Positions 17,677 to 27,593 of a stretch of 64,000 nt of DNA are shown here, in pieces. Position 1 is the first letter of the stretch; every line of letters begins with the position of its first letter. The stretch comes from Anaerolineae bacterium (lineage in GTDB: Bacteria > Chloroflexota > Anaerolineae > UBA1429), in assembly GCA_963675785.1 (NCBI GenBank), contig OY776562.1, forward strand, positions 1,696,001 through 1,760,000, read 5' to 3'. The notes under the pieces are model-generated. The model searched no databases. It was not told the DNA's origin and saw only the letters and a program-made list of their open reading frames with translations. The translations under genes were made by a program, and so were the position numbers.

Positions 17677-18771
17677 ATGACGCAAACAGCCCTCTATAAC
17701 AGGCACGTCGCCCTTGGCGGCCGTATGGTTGACTTTGCTGGATGGGAATTGCCCATTCAGTATGCCACCGGCCCCAAAGCCGAACACCACTGCGTGCGCA
17801 ATCATGCCGGCCTCTTTGATATCGACCATATGGGCCAAGTTCGCGTCTCCGGCCCCGATGCAGTGCCTTACTTGCAGCATATACTTACGGCTAACATCGC
17901 CCGGCTTGTGCCCAGCCAGGCCCGCTATGCACTGATGTGCTATGCCGATGGCGGTATTGTGGATGATGTATTCGTCTATTGCGAGGCCAGTAGCTATATG
18001 CTGGTCATCAACGCTGCCAACCGGGATAAGGATATCCGTTGGTTAGCGTATCACGCTGACGATTACGACGTGCAGGTCGACAACATCTCGGACGAAACCT
18101 ACATGCTGGCGTTACAAGGGCCCCAGGCTCAGGCGGTACTGCAAAACCTTGCCTCATCTGATCTGGATACTATCGGCTTTCACAAACACGCCCATGTCTC
18201 ACTAGACGGCGTAGACACACTGGTGAGCCGCACAGGCTATACGGGCGAAGACGGCTTTGAGCTATATTTTGACGCTGCTGCCGCAAGTAATCTATGGGAC
18301 GCCATTCTAGAGGCGGGAGTGCCCTATGGCGTACAGCCCATTGGCCTGGCTGCTCGCGATTCGCTGCGGTTGGAGGCTGCTATGGCTTTGTACGGCCACG
18401 AGATTCACGCCCAAACCAACGCCATTGAGGCCGGGCTAAACTGGGCGGTTTCCTATAAAAAAGGGGATTTCATCGGTCGTGATGCGATTCTCAAAGCCAA
18501 ATTCGAGGGGACGGTACACACGTTGGTGGGTTTGCGCATGGTTGAAAGAGGTGTACCCCGTGAGCACTATGAGATAGCTCACATGGGCGAGTTGATCGGT
18601 CATACGGCCAGCGGCGGTTACGCACCCACTCTCGATGCCTTTATCGCCACAGCTTTTGTTCAGGGCGAGTATGCCCAAGCGGGCACAGAGCTGGATGTCA
18701 TCATGCGCGGTCAACCCCGCAAGGCTTTGGTAGTCGATCTGCCCTTTTATGAGCCGCGATACAAGCGCTAA
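17677..18771 (+). CDS. gcvT: Glycine cleavage system aminomethyltransferase T
   Basis: MVDFAGWELP.QY, GLFDIDHMG, SRTGYTGEDGFE, GLAARDSLRLEA..LYG. Confidence 0.95.
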   Translation: MTQTALYNRHVALGGRMVDFAGWELPIQYATGPKAEHHCVRNHAGLFDIDHMGQVRVSGPDAVPYLQHILTANIARLVPSQARYALMCYADGGIVDDVFVYCEASSYMLVINAANRDKDIRWLAYHADDYDVQVDNISDETYMLALQGPQAQAVLQNLASSDLDTIGFHKHAHVSLDGVDTLVSRTGYTGEDGFELYFDAAAASNLWDAILEAGVPYGVQPIGLAARDSLRLEAAMALYGHEIHAQTNAIEAGLNWAVSYKKGDFIGRDAILKAKFEGTVHTLVGLRMVERGVPREHYEIAHMGELIGHTASGGYAPTLDAFIATAFVQGEYAQAGTELDVIMRGQPRKALVVDLPFYEPRYKR

Positions 18772-21700
18772 CAGTCCAGATTGCTTGTATCAATAGCAGG
18801 CACATATAACGAGAATGTCGTGCCACGATTGGGTTCGGAATGGACCCTTATGCCGCCGCTACTTTGGCTGATCAGATACTTGACCGTAGCCAGCCCTAGG
18901 CCGTAATGATTGCTATCATGACGCGTAGTATAGCGATAATCGAATAAATGTGCAGCATGTTCCGGGTCGATACCGCGGCCCGTATCATGTACCGAAACAC
19001 AGCCATAGAGGCCCGTGTTGATGCCTAACTCATCAGCCAGCGGCTTGGTTATCTGCTCCAAACTGGAGCGTATGTCAATCTTGCCACCCTCTGGCATAGC
19101 ATCACGCGCATTCACACAGAGATTGAGCAGTACGCGATCAAACCAGGTCTGATTCATCCGTACATATACAGGATCAGACGCAAGTTGGAGTCTCAACTCG
19201 ATATCGGTGCCGAGAAGCCGACCAATGCTCTTTTGCAGCTGCCCCACCTCAGAGTTGACTGCCACCAGCATTTCTTCGTCTTCCGACTGACCCAGAATAC
19301 CCTGGAGCATGTTATCCGACATGGTATGGGCCTGTGCGATGTGCTTTACCAGTTCTCCGTATTCCCCCAGAACCGCCTCTTTATCCCCTGCTGAATCTCG
19401 AATAGAATCGGCAACTGCCCTACACACAGTCAATAGATTGATGAAATCGTGGGCCGTTCCCTTGGTCAGGGATTGGGCGGCCCGCAGGCTTTCCGTCTCC
19501 CGCACAATGCCTTCCAACCGCCGGATATCCGTTACATCGCGAATCAGCAACGCAACCTGCTTGCCTCTATCCGTGCCATACCCAAACGCCAACATCTCGG
19601 CGTCAACTAGACCATCAACGCCTTGAACAGTTACCACACCGCCTTCACGAACAATGCGTCGGTTACGCAGTGCCTGGTCGAGCTGTAGAACCATCGTTCG
19701 AGGTTGAACGTTCAAGCGCTCTTCGACCTCGCTGGCGTGCAAGCCGCGCCAGCTTTCAGCAACACCAAACAAGTAGTAACCAACACCGTTTCCAGATTGC
19801 AGTGTGAGATCAGCATCAAACAGAAACAAAGCGTGCCCCATGTTCTCAAAAATGCTACGGAAATTCTCTTCGGACTCCCGCGTGCGGCGCTCTATTTCTT
19901 TGCGTTGCGAGATATCCATCACTGCGCTGTACCAGCTGCCCTCTCCCCTTTCCCCATGCAACCTGTACTGGGGAGAGACAAGCGTCGGCACAACGCGGTT
20001 GTCGTCGTGCCATGCGACTTCTTCTGTTTGGTTAGCCGCGTGGTGTGTAAACATCAAGGGCTCTAGCTCGTAACGTGCTGCAAGATCCAAGAACTCGCCA
20101 ACCTGCCGCCCAAAAAGCTCGGCTTCATTTCGCCCGAGCATGCGACAAAAGGCTTCGTTGGCTGCATAGATGCGACCGTCATCGCGATAGAGCACCAATC
20201 CCTCATTCAAACTTCCGGAAAGATCGGCAAACTCGTCACGGCCTTCGGCAGCAGCACGCTCCGAGCGCGTTCGCTCGGTTACATCACGCACCGAGCCAAT
20301 AACACGCACTGGGTGGCCCTCATCATCGTATTGCAGCGTATTCGCCACCTCAATATGCCGATAGGTGCCATCTTTGGTTCTCAAGTATTCACGCACTAAA
20401 ACGGGCCAAGTTTGTTCATCGCCACGTTGATTGGCGCGCATCTCGTAAAGACGCCGAACCAGCTTTTCTCGGTCATCGGTCTGCAGTCGACTTACCAACA
20501 AAGCCATTCCACCATCGAGCCATTCCTGAACGCTATAGCCGGTGATCTTAGCCAAACCCTCAGAAGCAAACTCGAATTCTTCTGTCCACAGGTTGATCAT
20601 ATAAACGCCATCGGAACTGTTGTTGAGTATGGTAGAGAGAAAATCCGAGGTTCGAGCCAATTCATCGGCATGTGCCTGGCGGCGCATAGCGCCAGAAATA
20701 GTGGCCGCACACCCCTTGAGCGCTACAAGCTGCGCATCCGTAGGCTCTTGGTTCGCATCGCTGTATTCTACCCATAGGCCGCCCCATATACCTGTTTCAC
20801 TCTGGATAGGCAGGACGACAATCAGAGCCACAGCACGCGATTCAAACTGCGAACGCATACGTTCGGGCATATCCTGACGCAGAAATTGGATCGCCTGCCC
20901 TCCAGAAAAAGCACGCTGAAATTCCCGACGCACATCTTTTTGGGACTCCAAGATGCTGCCCAGAATACTGATCAGTTCTCTATCCGCACCAGAGGGCCAG
21001 GCATCCACCTGCACCGGCAGAGCATCCGGTTCGCCATAATGTACCAGGCGCACATATTTTGCACTGGTAGCCTGCCCCATGGTCTCTAATACCTGGGGGA
21101 GCACATCCTGCCAACGCTTGGCTTTGAGCATCATTTCGGCAATCAAGCCAGCAGCCTGTCCGATGCGTTTGGTGATCTCTTGGCGCTGCTCGATTTTTAG
21201 CTGTTCGGTAATATCTGTGATGGTAACGTTCTGAAGCCCTTGATCAGAACAAGGAATCGTGCCGATGCGTATGCTCACCTCACGGGTGGCACCATCAGGG
21301 CGAACCAACGTGGTTTGGAATATCGTGGGAGAAAGTTTGAATCGTGACTCGCGGAAGTGCTTCTCGACCTCTGCTTGCTTGTCGGGCTGCACAAAGTCGA
21401 TGAAATCACGCCCATAGACTTCACGCAGCGAACGCACCCCTAAAAGTTCCAAAGCACTTTGCGAAGCATAGTAGAACCTGCCCTCGGCTTCACGCAGAAC
21501 GGGATTAGAGTTGCTTTCCAAATAACGCTGATAACGCAAGGCCCGATGCGGGGGATTGGTAAAGCTGCCAAGGCTCACGCCTGTCGTTCGTACCAGCATC
21601 AGTGTTGTGCTCAAATCCAATATCGATAGCCGTGCTGTGCGCAGTTCGACATCACGCTCGATGCCCTGTGCAGAGACGAGGGTGCACTCTACCACCGGCG

Positions 21701-21962
21701 TTTCGATATCATGCTCCCAAGGATCGCAAACATGGCCTTCAACATACTCCAAGTCCGAAGGATGGATAAAAGACTGCAGTGATTCAAACCTGAAATTCAG
21801 GGGCAAGTCCAACAGCTGGAGAAGTCGGTCATTGACAAAGAGTACTTGGTCGCCTAGCAGAACAAGCAAGCCATCAGGAATAGCCTCACTGATACCAATC
21901 ATCAGATCTGTCTGCGCTTCGCTCAATGACCGGTGTACAAAAGCCATGGGGTCCCTTTCCAA
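18768..21962 (-). CDS. Multi-PAS/GAF sensor histidine kinase without a receiver domain
   Basis: Several PAS/PAC repeats (DITE, DVTE, DISQ, DVTD), H-box TAHDFINLL, NLCVNARDAM, DTGRGI, GLGLA. Confidence 0.88.
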   Translation of the reverse strand: MERDPMAFVHRSLSEAQTDLMIGISEAIPDGLLVLLGDQVLFVNDRLLQLLDLPLNFRFESLQSFIHPSDLEYVEGHVCDPWEHDIETPVVECTLVSAQGIERDVELRTARLSILDLSTTLMLVRTTGVSLGSFTNPPHRALRYQRYLESNSNPVLREAEGRFYYASQSALELLGVRSLREVYGRDFIDFVQPDKQAEVEKHFRESRFKLSPTIFQTTLVRPDGATREVSIRIGTIPCSDQGLQNVTITDITEQLKIEQRQEITKRIGQAAGLIAEMMLKAKRWQDVLPQVLETMGQATSAKYVRLVHYGEPDALPVQVDAWPSGADRELISILGSILESQKDVRREFQRAFSGGQAIQFLRQDMPERMRSQFESRAVALIVVLPIQSETGIWGGLWVEYSDANQEPTDAQLVALKGCAATISGAMRRQAHADELARTSDFLSTILNNSSDGVYMINLWTEEFEFASEGLAKITGYSVQEWLDGGMALLVSRLQTDDREKLVRRLYEMRANQRGDEQTWPVLVREYLRTKDGTYRHIEVANTLQYDDEGHPVRVIGSVRDVTERTRSERAAAEGRDEFADLSGSLNEGLVLYRDDGRIYAANEAFCRMLGRNEAELFGRQVGEFLDLAARYELEPLMFTHHAANQTEEVAWHDDNRVVPTLVSPQYRLHGERGEGSWYSAVMDISQRKEIERRTRESEENFRSIFENMGHALFLFDADLTLQSGNGVGYYLFGVAESWRGLHASEVEERLNVQPRTMVLQLDQALRNRRIVREGGVVTVQGVDGLVDAEMLAFGYGTDRGKQVALLIRDVTDIRRLEGIVRETESLRAAQSLTKGTAHDFINLLTVCRAVADSIRDSAGDKEAVLGEYGELVKHIAQAHTMSDNMLQGILGQSEDEEMLVAVNSEVGQLQKSIGRLLGTDIELRLQLASDPVYVRMNQTWFDRVLLNLCVNARDAMPEGGKIDIRSSLEQITKPLADELGINTGLYGCVSVHDTGRGIDPEHAAHLFDYRYTTRHDSNHYGLGLATVKYLISQSSGGIRVHSEPNRGTTFSLYVPAIDTSNLDC

Positions 21963-22070
21963 TCATGCCGCTTACGTCGAATTCACGCGGCATAAAAAAG
22001 GTGTGGCACAAGAATATACAAAAACAGAGGCTAACTCAAGTGAATGAGATGGCAGAGGATGGAAGAAAGG

Positions 22071-22099
22071 TTGACGCCTCGCTTGCACAACGCTACTAT
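22071..22099 (+). promoter_or_regulatory. Sigma70-type promoter
   Basis: TTGACG-17nt-TACTAT just upstream of the surface protein gene. Confidence 0.55.
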
Positions 22100-22107
22100 C
22101 GAATTAG

Positions 22108-25100
22108 TTGATTATACCAGAGGATACTGTGAGAGATAACTACCGCCGCTTGGTGTGGGTTGTTATTGCGCTCATTTGCATCGTGTGCGCAAGCACGTCT
22201 GCGCGAGCCCAGGACGCCACCACCCTACTGCTTCCCGATGCCTCTCTGGTAGCACTGACGCCCTGGCCCGGTACAGGCAGTTCTCCACAGCTCGTCATCG
22301 CGAGTAATGATGGCAGTGTACAGCTCCTCACTCGTCAGACGGGTGATACACTTTGGAGCACCACCACTATTGGATCGCTAACCGCAGCCAGCGCTCTTTG
22401 CAGCGCCGATTTTACTGGTGACGGTCTCATCGATCTGGCCGGTATTAGTAATTCTACACATCAGTTGGTATGGTGGCTCAATTCGGGCAGCACGTTTACA
22501 CGTTACATATTGGCCTCGAATACCGACAATGTCTACGGCGTCTCCGGGTTGGTTGCCGCCGATTTGGACGACGATGGCGACACAGACCTCATCACCACGG
22601 CCATGCTCTCGGGTCGTTTGGTATGGTGGAAGAACATCGGCCTGGATACTTTTACCCCCATCACCCTGAACACCAGCCTGGATCAGCCCCAAGGCTGCGT
22701 TATCCTCGACTGGGATGACGATGATGACCTAGACGTGTTGACCATTGAGCGCACCACCATCAGCCTGTGGCGCCAGAGCGATACCCATACCTTTACGCGA
22801 GTTATTCTGGCTAGCGGGCTTTCTCAAGGCGCCGCCTTACAAGTCGCTGATCTGGACAATGACGTAGATCTGGACCTCGTCAGCTATGATTCCAGCACCA
22901 GGCTAGTGCAGTGGTGGAAGAACGACGGCAGCGATAACATGACGGCCTACACCATAGCCCGAGCCGTAAACAGCCCTTGCCACTTGGCGACGGGCGACAT
23001 GAACGGAGACAGCCTGTCCGAAGTGGCCGCCTCAGCCGGAGACGACATCCTGGTGTGGAGAAACAGTGGCGGCACGTTCAGCGAGGTGCTGCTCGACGGC
23101 GCTTTTACCTCGGCACGCGGCATCTGCCTGATAGACATGAACACCGATGGCCGATTGGATGCCGTGGGGGCTTCACGCGCCAAGGGATTGGTATGGTGGG
23201 CACTCGAGGACACTTCTTCCGTTTGGCCACCCTCACTGGATTGCGGCCCTTTTACCAACTCGACGACGCTCGAACTATCCTATACCAGCGGCACCATCTG
23301 GTCGGCCTCTTGTGACGCCGATTGGGTCTCTCTCTCACCCAGCAGCGGGAGCGGCTCGGGCAGCATCAAGGTAACGTTCAACCGTGCAGCTATCCCTGAG
23401 GGATACGGCCGAACACACATCACCATCACCACCAATCAGGGCACGGCACTGGTACCACTGGTAGCGGTCAATCCACCCGAAGGCCGGTGGGCCATGATAC
23501 CTCTCATTATGCGCGACGCCATGAGTGAATCACGCCAAACACTACCAGAAGGCAGCGTGCCAGGTATGCTGGTGACTGCCTGCTCCAGCACAGGTAAGGC
23601 AATTACCTCTGGTAGCCTCATCACTAGCACCATCACCGTGGCCGATACCCGGCCCCTGCGTGATGTGTACGTGACGCTCAACATCGATCATCCATCATTC
23701 AGCAGCCTGGGGGCCTGGCTCATTCACGAGACCACAGGCACACGTATCACCCTCTTCCTCCAGCCCGCCGGGGGTTGTTCAACCTACGCAAGTGACCTGA
23801 TTTTGCGCGATGACGGCAATACCGCTGTCAACAGCGCCTGTTGGGCGGGTAGCGGAACGTGGTCCAGCCTGGTTCCACTCGATCCATTGCAGCGCTACGA
23901 GGATGAATCATTCGGAGGCACCTGGCGGCTAGAGATTCGTGATTATGGCAGCGACAGCAGTGGCCAATTGGTTAGCTGGTGTTTGCAGGGCTATGTGTAT
24001 GCGCCTACAGCCGTGCCCACAGCTCTGCCTACCTATACCCCCACACCAACGGCCACGGCAACCGTCGGGGCGACATATACCCCCACCGCCACCTCTACAG
24101 CAACAGCGACGGCTACCGCCACCAGCACATCCACAGCGACAGCCACCGCTACGGCGACAAATACCCCCACGGTTACACCTTCGCCAACAGCAACCAGTAC
24201 GCCGGTTCCCATCGATTACCCGGCGTTGATAAGCCAGAACACCTCGGGCGAAGTAGGACAATCTGCTAGCGACTGGCCGGTCGTCTCTGCCGATGGCCGT
24301 TATGTGGCCTTTGAATCGCTCGCCCAAGACCTCATTACCTATGACTATAACTATGCCCAAGATATCTTTGTGCGTGACATGCAGCTGGGCAAAACGGTGC
24401 GCGTCAGCCTGGGGCCAAGCGGACAGGCATCTAACGATGAATGCCGCGATGCAGATATCTCAGCCGACGGACGCTATGTGGTGTTTACCAGTATCGGCAC
24501 GAACATGATCTCTGGCGTCACCGACGGCAGTGCTCAGGTATTCCTGCGTGACCGTGACGTCTCTGGCAGTGGCACCTATGATACAGCCGGAAATGTTCAA
24601 AGTTATGTAGTGAGCGAATCGCTGGTAGGCATTACCGGCAACGATAACAGTGGCCATGCCAGCGTCTCGAATGACGGGAACCTGATCGCCTTTGAATCCG
24701 ATGCTGGAAATCTGGTTTCTGGTGACAGCAATAACTTTTCCGATATCCTGGTTAAAAACATGAGCACCGGCGCAGTTGAGCGCATCTCGGTGGGGCTGGA
24801 AGGCGCCGAGCCCGACGGCAACTCGCGCTACCCGGCTATCTCAAGCGATGGGCGCTATGTGGTCTTTGTCTCTTACGCCAGTAACCTCGTTGAAGATGAC
24901 ACCAACCTGGTGAGTGATATCTTTATCTACGATCGCCAGACTGACACCATGGAACGTATCAGCACCGCCAGCGATGGCACTGAAAGCAACGGCCAATCGT
25001 TGTGGCCGTCCATTTCCGCCGATGGACGCTATGTGGCCTACCATTCTGAGGCCAGCAACTTGGTGATCGGCGACACCAATGCCCTGCCAGACTCGTTTCT

Positions 25101-25476
25101 GCGCGATACCTACACCGACACCACCACACGCCTGAGCGTGTCAGAATCGGGCCAGCAGGCCAACGGCGAAAGCATTTATGCCCGTATCTCTGGAGACGGC
25201 AGCACAGTGGTTTATCAATCCCAGGCCACGAATCTGGTCAGTGGGACCGACGAAGCACTGGAAAGAGTATATGCTTGGAACCGCGCCACAGGCGAGGTGC
25301 TGCTGGTTTCAGTCAATAGCTCGGGGCAGCAGGCAGCCGGTGCCAGTTATAACGCCGCCGCATCCTATACAGGCGACTTGATCGCCTTTGTAAGCGATGC
25401 AACCAATCTGACCATCAATGACGATAACGGTGCCCGTGACGTGTTCTTGCAGCAGAGAGACGATCTTTTGCCCTAG
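22108..25476 (+). CDS. Large secreted mosaic protein: FG-GAP/VCBS repeats, BACON-like domain, proprotein convertase P-domain, Thr/Pro linker, TolB-like beta-propeller (possible GTG start at 22129)
   Basis: Signal peptide ..SARA; six DxxxDxxxD/E repeats; WVSLSPSSGSG; GTWRLEIRD..G.L.SWCL; TATATS tract; repeated PxISADGRYVAF.S. Confidence 0.8.
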   Translation: MIIPEDTVRDNYRRLVWVVIALICIVCASTSARAQDATTLLLPDASLVALTPWPGTGSSPQLVIASNDGSVQLLTRQTGDTLWSTTTIGSLTAASALCSADFTGDGLIDLAGISNSTHQLVWWLNSGSTFTRYILASNTDNVYGVSGLVAADLDDDGDTDLITTAMLSGRLVWWKNIGLDTFTPITLNTSLDQPQGCVILDWDDDDDLDVLTIERTTISLWRQSDTHTFTRVILASGLSQGAALQVADLDNDVDLDLVSYDSSTRLVQWWKNDGSDNMTAYTIARAVNSPCHLATGDMNGDSLSEVAASAGDDILVWRNSGGTFSEVLLDGAFTSARGICLIDMNTDGRLDAVGASRAKGLVWWALEDTSSVWPPSLDCGPFTNSTTLELSYTSGTIWSASCDADWVSLSPSSGSGSGSIKVTFNRAAIPEGYGRTHITITTNQGTALVPLVAVNPPEGRWAMIPLIMRDAMSESRQTLPEGSVPGMLVTACSSTGKAITSGSLITSTITVADTRPLRDVYVTLNIDHPSFSSLGAWLIHETTGTRITLFLQPAGGCSTYASDLILRDDGNTAVNSACWAGSGTWSSLVPLDPLQRYEDESFGGTWRLEIRDYGSDSSGQLVSWCLQGYVYAPTAVPTALPTYTPTPTATATVGATYTPTATSTATATATATSTSTATATATATNTPTVTPSPTATSTPVPIDYPALISQNTSGEVGQSASDWPVVSADGRYVAFESLAQDLITYDYNYAQDIFVRDMQLGKTVRVSLGPSGQASNDECRDADISADGRYVVFTSIGTNMISGVTDGSAQVFLRDRDVSGSGTYDTAGNVQSYVVSESLVGITGNDNSGHASVSNDGNLIAFESDAGNLVSGDSNNFSDILVKNMSTGAVERISVGLEGAEPDGNSRYPAISSDGRYVVFVSYASNLVEDDTNLVSDIFIYDRQTDTMERISTASDGTESNGQSLWPSISADGRYVAYHSEASNLVIGDTNALPDSFLRDTYTDTTTRLSVSESGQQANGESIYARISGDGSTVVYQSQATNLVSGTDEALERVYAWNRATGEVLLVSVNSSGQQAAGASYNAAASYTGDLIAFVSDATNLTINDDNGARDVFLQQRDDLLP

Positions 25477-25495
25477 AGATAGACCTTTTGGCGCA

Positions 25496-25524
25496 TTGAC
25501 GGCCATTTGTGCAAGTGTTAAGAT
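25496..25524 (+). promoter_or_regulatory. Sigma70-type promoter for eda-MFS
   Basis: TTGACG-17nt-TAAGAT with extended TG. Confidence 0.55.
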
Positions 25525-25571
25525 TGGCGTTCATACGCTTGAAAAGGTAGCATGTCGCTCAGGAGGGGGAC

Positions 25572-26216
25572 ATGGAAAAGCTGCAGCTGCTTGAACGCGT
25601 CTTTGATACGGGTATTATCGCCATTGTTCGGCTTGCAAGCGCCGACGTTCTCTCAGCAGTGACCGACGCCATTGCAGAAGGCGGTGTACGCTGCATCGAA
25701 TTTACCATGACCACACCCGGTGCATTGGATACCCTGGCCGAGGCTACCGCCCGCTATGGTAAGGATGTCAGCTTTGGCGCCGGCACTGTCCTGGATCCTG
25801 AGACGGCCCGCGCGGCCATCCTCGCCGGCGCACAATTCATCGTCGCCCCCAACCTCAACCCCAACGTCATCACTCTCTGCAACCGTTACAGCATAGCGGC
25901 CATGCCAGGTGCACTCACCCCCACCGAGATCGTACAAGCCTGGGAGCTGGGCGCTGATGTGGTCAAGGTGTTCCCCGCCGACAGCATGGGCCCCAGATAC
26001 ATCAAGGGCGTGCTAGCGCCGCTGCCCCACATCAAGTTGGCCCCCGTAGGAGGTATAACCCAAGAGAATGCAGTCGACTATATCCGTGCAGGGGCGGCCT
26101 GCCTTGGCGTAGGCTCCAGCCTGGTAAATAACGCCAGCATCGCTGAACACAACTGGACCGATCTCACGATACGCGCACGCGCTTTTATCGATGCTGTTTT
26201 TTCTGCACGAGCCTAA
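25572..26216 (+). CDS. eda: KDPG/KHG aldolase
   Basis: IEFTMTTP, GAGTVLD, GAQFIVAP, PGALTPTEI, VKVFPA, PVGGI. Confidence 0.92.
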   Translation: MEKLQLLERVFDTGIIAIVRLASADVLSAVTDAIAEGGVRCIEFTMTTPGALDTLAEATARYGKDVSFGAGTVLDPETARAAILAGAQFIVAPNLNPNVITLCNRYSIAAMPGALTPTEIVQAWELGADVVKVFPADSMGPRYIKGVLAPLPHIKLAPVGGITQENAVDYIRAGAACLGVGSSLVNNASIAEHNWTDLTIRARAFIDAVFSARA

Positions 26217-26242
26217 TTGTTCGCCGTGATTGGAAAATAATA

Positions 26243-27538
26243 ATGTCTACTTTTAGTCCCGAACCTGTAAAGAAAAACGAAAAACACTGGCAGCGTGATC
26301 TATGGGTATTGTGCGCTATACAATTCCTCACACTCACTGGCTTTAACGCTTATATGTCCTTTATCGCCTTTTACTTTCAAGAATTGGGAACACAAGGCAT
26401 CGAAGAAACCGCCCGCTGGACTGCCCTGGCCTGGACACTCTCCTCGGTTGCCTTGATGGTCTCTTCACCAATATGGGGAAATCTGGGAGACCGTATCGGT
26501 CAGCGCAAAAACCTGGTACGTGCCACATTCGGCGGTTTGATTGTGGTTGTACTCGCATACTTTGTGCAAACGCCGACTCAATTCACCATCACACGCGTGT
26601 TGCAGAGCACAATCTGCGGCACCGTATCTGTGGCCACTGCTCTTACCGCCACTATGGTACCCATCCGAGAACTGACCAAAGGCCTTGGCTTGCTACAAAC
26701 AACACGCTTTGCAGCAGCCGCGTTAGGGCCGATCGTAGGCGGGCTCATCGCCGATGCTTTTTCATACCGAGATGTGTTTCTGTTCAGTATCGTTATGATG
26801 GTCATAGCGCTGGTGCTGGCACTGGCCTTTCTACCTGAATATCCAGTTGCTCAGGCCATCACGCGCCAAAGGCAAACGTTCAGGGATATGCTGGGAGTGC
26901 CTTCGGGACTCAAAGCTACCAGCACAATCATGATCGCCACGTTAGCGGCCATGGCCTTTGCCGATTTCATCATTAGCCCTATATTTGCCCTCTATGTTCA
27001 AGAGCTTGCACCGATAGGCGCCAATCTGGGCACACTGACCGGTGCGCTAACCGCCGGAACCGCCATTGCTTCTTCAGTGGTGGCTATTCTCGCAGGGCCG
27101 CTCACCAAACGCATCGGCGAAAAGAACCTGCTGGTCATCAGCCTGCTGGGCGTGTGCGCTACGCTGATACCTCAAGCTCTGGTAGGCAGTGCCAACCAGT
27201 TATTCATCTGGCGCATTTTACAGGGTGCCTTTGCCGGTGCACTCATCCCCACAGCAAACGCCATTCTGGGGCACGCCACATCTCCCGAAGCACGCGGCAA
27301 AGTATACGGCGTATCGGCCAGTACACAGGCCGCCGCACGTATTCCAGCATCTCCGCTGAGCGCCTGGATGGTTGCGGCGATCAGTATGCCCTCTGTGTTT
27401 ATTCTGGCGGCTGCCGTTTACGGTGTGCTCGGCCTGGTGGTACTGAGCAAAGCCCAGATGAAAAAGGGCTCTGAAGAAATTCGGAATATGGAGCAGATCC
27501 CCACCCCCGAACCTGGTTGTTCTACACCTGCGCTCTGA
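26243..27538 (+). CDS. MFS transporter (DHA1/MdtG-like)
   Basis: SPIWGNLGDRIGQR motif A; GPIVGGLIAD; about 12 TM segments. Confidence 0.85.
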   Translation: MSTFSPEPVKKNEKHWQRDLWVLCAIQFLTLTGFNAYMSFIAFYFQELGTQGIEETARWTALAWTLSSVALMVSSPIWGNLGDRIGQRKNLVRATFGGLIVVVLAYFVQTPTQFTITRVLQSTICGTVSVATALTATMVPIRELTKGLGLLQTTRFAAAALGPIVGGLIADAFSYRDVFLFSIVMMVIALVLALAFLPEYPVAQAITRQRQTFRDMLGVPSGLKATSTIMIATLAAMAFADFIISPIFALYVQELAPIGANLGTLTGALTAGTAIASSVVAILAGPLTKRIGEKNLLVISLLGVCATLIPQALVGSANQLFIWRILQGAFAGALIPTANAILGHATSPEARGKVYGVSASTQAAARIPASPLSAWMVAAISMPSVFILAAAVYGVLGLVVLSKAQMKKGSEEIRNMEQIPTPEPGCSTPAL

Positions 27539-27540
27539 TA

Positions 27541-27579
27541 AAAAAAGAGGCAGAGCCCACCCACAGGCCTGCCTCTTTT
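27541..27579. terminator. Bidirectional terminator
   Basis: aaaaaagaggcag...ctgcctctttt between convergent genes. Confidence 0.75.
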
Positions 27580-27593
27580 AGTTGCTCTACTAG

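Noticed and set aside
24000-24210. Low-complexity ACN/GCN-rich tract as a DNA repeat or DGR-like variable region
   Set aside because: Codons vary freely; it is a Thr/Ala/Pro protein linker, and no reverse transcriptase is present.
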